Shown here one piece after another: positions 57,789 through 64,000 of a stretch of 64,000 nucleotides of DNA. Under the pieces are notes generated by a model. The model had not been told where the DNA came from. It did no database searches and saw nothing but the letters and a program-made list of their open reading frames with translations. The translations under genes and the position numbers were made by a program. Origin of the DNA: Novosphingobium sp. (GTDB lineage: Bacteria; Pseudomonadota; Alphaproteobacteria; Sphingomonadales; Sphingomonadaceae). The stretch is taken from positions 28,740 through 92,739 of the forward strand of contig NZ_JAHEBV010000007.1 in assembly GCF_024642085.1 (NCBI RefSeq). Direction: 5' to 3'. Numbering within the stretch: position 1 is the stretch's first letter; every line of letters starts with the position of its first letter.

Positions 57789-60556
57789 CGCTTAGCGCCC
57801 GGCTCGACGCGCGGCTTCAGGCGCTTCATCCGCAGACAGCGGAAACGCCGCTGTTCAACCCGGTTTTCCAGTTGGGGCTCGAACTTTCTCGCGAGATCGA
57901 GAATGGCGAGCTGACCCTCGACACGATCGCCGCCTTGGTGAACGAGCTGGAATGCGAAGGCTTGGTGGCCCGGGCAGCGCGGCTCAACCGCCTGGTAGCC
58001 CCGGTCGCGCCCGCCGACAACCAGGCCCGCCTCGCCCAGCTCGGCCGCGCCGACACGTTCGCCGATTACGCGGCGCACTGGGGCCGCCCGCTGATCCACG
58101 TGGTGTTCACCGCGCACCCCACTTTCCTCCTTACCCAGCGCCAGTCCGAAGCGGTAGTCGGCGCCGCATCATCGGGAAATATCGGGGCGCAGACCGCCTG
58201 CGTCGCGCCGCACGAGCGCGATGCGATCACGCTGGATACCGAGCACGCGGCCGCGATGGCCGCGCTGGCCCGCGCGCAGGACGCCCGCGACACGATCAAC
58301 GCCGCGCTGCTCAGCCAGGCCAGAGCCGCCTGGCCCGAAGACTGGCGCGGCCTCAATCCGGTGCCGATGCGCTTTGCCAGCTGGGTCGGCTATGACATGG
58401 ACGGGCGCACCGATATTTCGTGGTTCACATCGCTGCGCTATCGCCTGTCGGAAAAGGCTGAGCGGCTGGCCCGCTATGCCGCGCAATTGCGCGGCTTTGC
58501 CCCTGTCGTCTCCGCTGCCCTGGCCCGCGCCGCCGACCGGGCTGACGAAATGGCCGCGCTGTTTGCGCAGGACCTGTCCGCGCCCGAGGCGCTGTCATCG
58601 GCGGCAGACACGCTGACCGCCGATCACTCCGACAAGCTGACCAGCCTGACTGCAACAATTGCCGAGCTTGAAGGGCTGGCGGGCGAATCCGACGATGCCA
58701 CTGCGCAGGTCCTTCTTGTCGTTGCTGCCGCGATGCGCGCAGACGGGCTTGGCATGGGCTGGATTCACTTCCGTGTGAACTCCAGCCAATTGCAGAACGC
58801 GATCCGCCGCCGCATCGACCCCGACGGCAAGCTTGACCTAGCCAGCCAGGCCGCGCTGGTCCGGATGCGCGAGCTGCTGGCCGAGGCGAAGCCGCTGCGC
58901 ACCAATTTCGCCGCCCTGGCGATAGAGAACAGCACCGCCGTGCGCCAGTTTCTGGCGATGGCGCAGATCCTCCACCACGTCGATGCGGACACCCCGATCC
59001 GGATGCTGGTGGCCGAATGCGAACAGCCGACCACGGTGCTGGCCGCGCTGTATTTCGCGCGGCTGTTTGGGATCGACGACAAGGTCGACGTATCGCCGCT
59101 GTTCGAAACCGAAAGCGCGCTGGAACACGGCGGCCGCTTCCTTGACGCCCTGCTGGCCGAGGATGCCTATCGCACCTATGCCCGCACCCGTGGCCGGGTG
59201 GCGATCCAGACCGGCTTTTCCGATGCCGGACGCTTTGTGGGGCAGATTCCCGCCGCCCTTGCCATCGAACGCCTGCAAGGCCGCCTGTCCGAAGCCATGG
59301 CCGCCAACGGTTTGACCGATGTTGCCGCGCTGGTGTTCAACACCCACGGCGAATCGATGGGCCGCGGCGCGCACCCGTCGTCCTTTGCCGACCGGATCGA
59401 ATGGCCGCTGTCCCCCTGGGCGCGGCGCCGCTTTGCCCGGGCTGGGATCAAGATGGAACCCGAAGTCAGCTTTCAGGGCGGCGACGGATATCTGTTCTTC
59501 GGCACGCCCGAATTGGCGCTGGCCACGCTGACCCGCTTTGCCGAGGCGGCCCCGGCCGAAACCGATGCTGCTGCACCAACCGATCCGTTTTACCGCCGCA
59601 CCGACCTTTCCCTTGATTTCTACCGCGCGATCCGCCGGGTCCAGCAGGAATACTTGCACAGCCGGACTTATCCCCGCGCGGTGACCGCCTTTGGTCTGGG
59701 CCTGCTCAATGATACCGGCAGCCGCAAGAGCCGCCGCCAGTCTGATCTTGCCGCCGACCGCGAGATGAGCCTGCGCCAGATCCGCGCCATTCCGCACAAC
59801 GCGGTGCTGCAACAGCTGGGCTATCCGGTAAACGTCATTGCCGGGTTCGGCACTGCAGCGGACGGCAATTACGAAGCTGTAGCCGGTCTGCTGCGCGAAA
59901 GCCCGCGTGGGCGCCAGCTGGTCCGCCTGGTCCGCGCCGCCAACGCGCTGGCCAGCATCAAGACGGTGGCCGCCTATGGCGAACTGTTCAATTCCGCCTA
60001 CTGGTCCAGCCGCCCCTATCGCGGGGACGAAGATCACATTGCCGATGCCTGCCTGGCCCTGGCCGAATACCTCACTACCGATGACCGTGTCGGGGTATTC
60101 CGCCGCCTTGCCTCGCGCCTGCGGGTCGATGCGCTCAAGCTGCACCGCCTGCTCGATCTGATCCCGGACGAAGCGCCCTTGCCTGATCGCGAACACACCC
60201 GGCGGATGCTTGGCGTGCTCCAGGCGCTGCGGCTTGCATTGCTGCAGCACATGTTCCTCAAGGCCGTGTCAGCGCCGGCCTTCAGCCGCGCCAATGACAT
60301 CAGCCGCGACGACGTGCTGGAAATGGTCTTTACCCTGCGCGTGGACGAGGCCCTTGCCCAGCTGCGCCGTGCCTTCCCGGTCCACTTTCCCAGCATCAGC
60401 GATTTCACCGTGACCGAACCAAGCGACTATCCCGACGAAGCCGCGGTGGGGTACGAGGCGATCCACCGCGACTTCATTGAACCGATCGAACGCGCGCAGG
60501 CATTGTCGCTGCGGATTACGACCGCGATTGCGAACGTGTTCGGGGCGCATGGGTGA
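57785..60556 (+). CDS. ppc: Divergent phosphoenolpyruvate carboxylase
   Basis: FTAHPT, PLFET, GFSD, GRG, RAIP, terminal Gly. GTG overlaps the eda stop (GTGA). Confidence 0.85.
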   Translation: MTLSARLDARLQALHPQTAETPLFNPVFQLGLELSREIENGELTLDTIAALVNELECEGLVARAARLNRLVAPVAPADNQARLAQLGRADTFADYAAHWGRPLIHVVFTAHPTFLLTQRQSEAVVGAASSGNIGAQTACVAPHERDAITLDTEHAAAMAALARAQDARDTINAALLSQARAAWPEDWRGLNPVPMRFASWVGYDMDGRTDISWFTSLRYRLSEKAERLARYAAQLRGFAPVVSAALARAADRADEMAALFAQDLSAPEALSSAADTLTADHSDKLTSLTATIAELEGLAGESDDATAQVLLVVAAAMRADGLGMGWIHFRVNSSQLQNAIRRRIDPDGKLDLASQAALVRMRELLAEAKPLRTNFAALAIENSTAVRQFLAMAQILHHVDADTPIRMLVAECEQPTTVLAALYFARLFGIDDKVDVSPLFETESALEHGGRFLDALLAEDAYRTYARTRGRVAIQTGFSDAGRFVGQIPAALAIERLQGRLSEAMAANGLTDVAALVFNTHGESMGRGAHPSSFADRIEWPLSPWARRRFARAGIKMEPEVSFQGGDGYLFFGTPELALATLTRFAEAAPAETDAAAPTDPFYRRTDLSLDFYRAIRRVQQEYLHSRTYPRAVTAFGLGLLNDTGSRKSRRQSDLAADREMSLRQIRAIPHNAVLQQLGYPVNVIAGFGTAADGNYEAVAGLLRESPRGRQLVRLVRAANALASIKTVAAYGELFNSAYWSSRPYRGDEDHIADACLALAEYLTTDDRVGVFRRLASRLRVDALKLHRLLDLIPDEAPLPDREHTRRMLGVLQALRLALLQHMFLKAVSAPAFSRANDISRDDVLEMVFTLRVDEALAQLRRAFPVHFPSISDFTVTEPSDYPDEAAVGYEAIHRDFIEPIERAQALSLRITTAIANVFGAHG

Positions 60557-60586
60557 GATGAACGTCAACGGTTGCACAGGAATGGA

Positions 60587-61165
60587 TCAGGTTCCGGGAT
60601 GGACCATACGGTTCACAACCCACTTGTGCTTTCCGATCAGTCGCACCCGCTCAAACTGAAGGCGCTCAAAGATCGATAACGAGCCGTTGAACAGGAAGGA
60701 CGGGGATGCCTTGCGCCCTTCGGTGTCTTCGGGATAGCCTTCGACGCGTCCGCCGCCCATCTGCTCAATTTGCTCGATCGCACCGCTCAGCGCCGCAAAA
60801 GCCACGCCCTTGCCGCGATAGCCCTTGCTCGAGAAAAAGCAGGTGATGCGCCAATCTGGCAGTTTCGGCTTGGCTGCCAGATAAGCGCGCGAATTGTGAA
60901 TGCAGGGAAGCTCTTCGGGCGAACCGAACTGGCACCAACCGGTGCACTTGGTCCCATCGTACACCAGCGCGGCATGGGCGCGGCCCTCTAGTACGAGGCG
61001 TTCCTTGGCCTCACGCTTTTTCGCCGGCGTTTCGCCAGTGTCCTTGCGGTGATACCACATGCACCAACACCCGCCCCAAATGCCATTGTTCGCTTCAACT
61101 AATGCGGCAAAGTCCGCCCACGTCGTCTGATCAAGCGGCTTGGTCTCATACGCGGTCATCGACAT
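60587..61165 (-). CDS. GNAT-fold acetyltransferase (Cys-rich subgroup)
   Basis: CWCMWY, GWCQFG, ITCFF, motif A 'YRGKGVA', EGYP. Confidence 0.8.
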   Translation of the reverse strand: MSMTAYETKPLDQTTWADFAALVEANNGIWGGCWCMWYHRKDTGETPAKKREAKERLVLEGRAHAALVYDGTKCTGWCQFGSPEELPCIHNSRAYLAAKPKLPDWRITCFFSSKGYRGKGVAFAALSGAIEQIEQMGGGRVEGYPEDTEGRKASPSFLFNGSLSIFERLQFERVRLIGKHKWVVNRMVHPGT

Positions 61166-61201
61166 CAGACTGACAGCTTTTCAACAGTGGTCAACGCTGC
61201 C

Positions 61202-61609
61202 TTAATTGGACGGCTGAAGCACGGCGGAATCGAAAATTACTTGCTCCTCGATCGCCATTCCATCCTTGATTCGAAAGCGATCCACGCCCAGCCAATTGCG
61301 GCGCGTTCCATCGATCAACGCCGAACTCTCCCATGCAATGTAAAGCCGGTCGCCGTTCCCCGCGCAGTCGATTGGCGTGACAGTCAGGTCAACCATTGCG
61401 GTAAGCATGCCGGCCATGACGTCGATGTATTCGGCCCCCGAAAATGTGCCCGCACCGGAGAAATGGATGGTGGCCTCCGGTGCGATAAGTTCGCGCACGC
61501 GCGGACCTGTGGGAGCAGCCCAGAAAGACTTGAAACGGTCGAAGAAGTCCTCGTGTTCAGGCGTAAGCCCCGTTGCATGCATTTCGGACATTTCGGTCTC
61601 CGGTGCCAA
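61202..61609 (-). CDS. NTF2/SnoaL-like protein
   Basis: 'FWAAP...LIAPEATIHF', 'LYIAWES', 'GVDRFRIKDG.AIEEQVIFD'. Confidence 0.8.
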   Translation of the reverse strand: MAPETEMSEMHATGLTPEHEDFFDRFKSFWAAPTGPRVRELIAPEATIHFSGAGTFSGAEYIDVMAGMLTAMVDLTVTPIDCAGNGDRLYIAWESSALIDGTRRNWLGVDRFRIKDGMAIEEQVIFDSAVLQPSN

Positions 61610-61633
61610 GGTGAATCCGCGCCGGACATTTAT

Positions 61634-61681
61634 GTGCCTTGCGCACGTAACAGGTCAAGTTGAAAATGGTGCGTAATGCAC
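61634..61681. promoter_or_regulatory. Two GTGC-N5-GCAC palindromes (putative MarR operators)
   Basis: GTGC-CTTGC-GCAC (61634-61646) and GTGC-GTAAT-GCAC (61669-61681). Confidence 0.6.
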
Positions 61682-61694
61682 ATATGTTCGGGTC

Positions 61695-62210
61695 ATGCTT
61701 GATCGAACTGCTAACCTGCTAGGTGCTGTCGGACTGGCCGTTTCTGATCGCATCAAACAAACTGCACGCAACGTCCTCAATCACGCGGGCGAAACGCCGG
61801 CGGCGATGGTCATCATTGGGTACGGACTTGGACCTTCCAACGACCAGCTGCGAAGCATTCTGGGTTTATCGCACCCTGGATCAGTAAGGCTTGTTGATCG
61901 ACTGGTCGCAGACGGGTTGGTCGAGCGACGCCAGGGCCGCGACAAGCGCGCTGTCGCGCTATACCTGACAAACCACGGCACGGCCCTTCGACGCAAGCTC
62001 CTGAAAGACCGCGTCGCTGCAATTCGCCCACTGTTAGACCCGTTGGATGAGGGCGAACAGGCAGCCTTGGCGGCGCTCTTGGGGAAGATGTTAAGCTCAA
62101 CCGGCTCTTCGGACGCCGAACGCTGCAGGCTGTGCCGGCTGTGCGACGACAGTGTTTGCACTGACTGCCCGATTCCTGCCAACTTCAGGTGTGACAACAG
62201 TGCTGATTGA
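61695..62210 (+). CDS. MarR family regulator with C-terminal five-Cys cluster
   Basis: 'LSHPGSVRLVDRL', 'DKRAVALYLT', tail CRLCRLCDDSVCTDCP. Confidence 0.88.
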   Translation: MLDRTANLLGAVGLAVSDRIKQTARNVLNHAGETPAAMVIIGYGLGPSNDQLRSILGLSHPGSVRLVDRLVADGLVERRQGRDKRAVALYLTNHGTALRRKLLKDRVAAIRPLLDPLDEGEQAALAALLGKMLSSTGSSDAERCRLCRLCDDSVCTDCPIPANFRCDNSAD

Positions 62211-62250
62211 ATGTCCGCAGCGGTCCCGTAACCTGGCTTGACATAGTCCT

Positions 62251-63375
62251 TTATTCGCTCACCGGCCAATCAATAACTCTAACCGGCCCATGCCGCAGCC
62301 TTGCCAGCGCCGCGTCCGCAAACTCCAGCGCCAGCCTTCCGCGCAGTTTGCGCCAGGCTGGAATCTTCAGTTCCGCCGCCGCCATTGCGTTTTCCCGCGC
62401 CGGGCCGAGCAGCTCGCGCTCGAACGCCGCGATAAGCGCCGGATCGCGCAGCACGGCGACGTAATCGCTGCTGGTGCGGTAGCTGGCGAAGTTGAAATTG
62501 CTCGATCCCAGCAGCAGCGTTTCGCCGTCGATCAGCAGCGCCTTGGCGTGGGTCATGTCCGGGGTCAGGCGCAGTTCAACCCCGGCGGTTCCGGCCACAC
62601 CGATCAGGTAATCGCGCACCACCGGCTTGTTGCTTGCCGCCGAGGTATAGATTGTTGCCCGCGCCCCGGCCCGCGCGGCCTGCGCAAAGGCTGCAACGAA
62701 GGGCATGGTCGGATAAGCGCTGATCATGTCGACCGAACGCTTTGCCCCGCGCACCAGATCGAGCAGCGGTTCGAACAGGGCCGCGTTGCGGGCGCCGTCG
62801 CCATCGAAACTGATCAGCTCTATCGGACCGAACGCCGCCTTGGCCGCCATGGGCCGGCCCGCCCAGTCAGCAGCGAAATCAGCGGCAAGCCAGTCAGCCA
62901 TGGCCGGGCTTTGGATACGCAGCATCAGATCGTGCCAGGCGAAGTTGTGATCGGAAAAGTTGATCCCGCCGATGTAGGCGGCATCATCCAGCACCAGCAG
63001 CTTCTTGTGGTTGCGCAAGGGATAGCGCAGCGGATGGCCCAGCACCGGGTTGGTGATCCGCACGCCCACGCCCTGCGCCGCCATGTCGCCGAACATCGCC
63101 AGGGTATCGGCCGCCTCCTGCTTCACCGCCGCGGGGCGGAAGGGCAGCGGCAGCATGGTATCGTTGATGACGTTGCGGGTGTAATCGTCAACCAGCACGC
63201 GGCGATCGGCGGCGCTGGCCGCCAGCACGGCATCAGCGACGCTCCGCCCGGCTGCATCCGCTTCAAACGTCATCGCCTGGACCAGGACGCGTCTGCTTGC
63301 GGCGGCCATATCGGCTTTTGCCCGATCCCAGAACGCTGCAGCGCCCACCAGCAGTTCCAGTTTCGGCTCGCTCAT
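62251..63375 (-). CDS. Phospholipase D/cardiolipin synthase-like protein
   Basis: Two HKD motifs (HKKLLVLD + GGIN; HAKALLID + GSSN). No N-terminal TM. Confidence 0.88.
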   Translation of the reverse strand: MSEPKLELLVGAAAFWDRAKADMAAASRRVLVQAMTFEADAAGRSVADAVLAASAADRRVLVDDYTRNVINDTMLPLPFRPAAVKQEAADTLAMFGDMAAQGVGVRITNPVLGHPLRYPLRNHKKLLVLDDAAYIGGINFSDHNFAWHDLMLRIQSPAMADWLAADFAADWAGRPMAAKAAFGPIELISFDGDGARNAALFEPLLDLVRGAKRSVDMISAYPTMPFVAAFAQAARAGARATIYTSAASNKPVVRDYLIGVAGTAGVELRLTPDMTHAKALLIDGETLLLGSSNFNFASYRTSSDYVAVLRDPALIAAFERELLGPARENAMAAAELKIPAWRKLRGRLALEFADAALARLRHGPVRVIDWPVSE

Positions 63376-63543
63376 CGTTTGCGCCACTGGCAGGTGGCAA
63401 GGCCCAAGGCAAGGCGGCTGCGCCTTTAACCTTTGTCCCGCGCGAAGTCCCGCTGCGAAACGCCGTCCATTCCGCGCTGGCCTTTCAGGCGGAGGTACGG
63501 TTAGGGATACTGCACGCATGTGTTCGCAAGGGATCCCACCGCG

Positions 63544-64000
63544 ATGAAGCCCAGTTCAACCGCAGCCCTGATCGGCGGCATCGGCCTTGCTGCACTGGCT
63601 TTGGTGGGGATGGTCGTATCGCCGCTTGCCACTGCACCCGAAAAAGCGCTGCCGCCAAGCCGCAACGGCGCGTTTGCCGTAGCTGACAAGGCTGGCCCCA
63701 AGCCCGCTCCCGCGCCAGCCCCCACACCTGCAGCGCCGAAGGACGAAGGCCTGGTGATCAAGCGGATCCTGCCGATCACCGGTCCGATCAAATACGGCGA
63801 ATGGCACTGGGACGACAAAGGCGTGGCCGACGGCCCGTTGGTTGTTACGGTGGATCTGGATGCGCGGGTGCTGTCGGTGTTCAAGGGCGGGTACGAAATC
63901 GGCGCTACCGCAGTCCTGCTTGGCACCAGCGAAAAGCCCACGCCGCTGGGGGTCTTCCCGGTCAAGTGGAAGCACAAGGACCACTATTCATCCACCTATG
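63544..64000 (+). CDS. L,D-transpeptidase (YkuD) family protein, truncated by the window end; absent from the ORF track
   Basis: ATG 63544, signal/TM, Pro-Ala linker, 'VTVDLDARVLSVF', 'GT...PTPLGVF.V..K..DHYSSTY'. Confidence 0.85.
   Translation, partial: MKPSSTAALIGGIGLAALALVGMVVSPLATAPEKALPPSRNGAFAVADKAGPKPAPAPAPTPAAPKDEGLVIKRILPITGPIKYGEWHWDDKGVADGPLVVTVDLDARVLSVFKGGYEIGATAVLLGTSEKPTPLGVFPVKWKHKDHYSSTY

Noticed and set aside
1-64000. tRNA, rRNA, tmRNA, riboswitch, CRISPR array, IS, integrase or prophage genes
   Set aside because: No T-loop/cloverleaf, rRNA signature, spaced direct repeats or transposase/recombinase motifs seen. A covariance-model search was not possible, so small RNAs could be missed.

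Overview
Core chromosomal segment of a GC-rich alphaproteobacterium. The DnaA, RpoZ and YidC sequences and the gene order look like Sphingomonadales (Novosphingobium/Erythrobacter-like); this is an inference. Housekeeping genes: ftsH, rpoZ, dnaB, cdd, galE, rpmJ, comM/yifB, rpmH-rnpA-yidD-yidC-yihA, dapE, nth, dapB, cobB, moeB-like, dnaA, rpsT, mutM, ubiE-ubiB, and a coupled zwf-edd-glk-eda-ppc operon. I found no tRNA, rRNA, CRISPR array, transposase or integrase. Best candidate for an undescribed system: a ~9 kb locus (39950-48967) encoding a TonB-dependent receptor, a TPR-sulfotransferase, a basic amino acid/polyamine APC permease, a PYROXD2/COG1233-like FAD oxidoreductase, a Rieske oxygenase with no reductase partner, and a BetI-like repressor with a 26-bp palindromic operator. 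I hypothesise that it takes up and demethylates an N-methylated basic amino acid or amine. Other leads: a lower-GC MarR(5-Cys tail)-SnoaL-GNAT islet with paired operators, a strongly divergent PEP carboxylase coupled to the Entner-Doudoroff operon, a stand-alone WYL-like protein beside comM, a GH25 with a swapped catalytic motif, and readable regulatory motifs (EcfG, RpoH, CtrA-like, GANTC-linked sigma70 promoters). All family assignments come from motif recognition by eye; no database searches were run.
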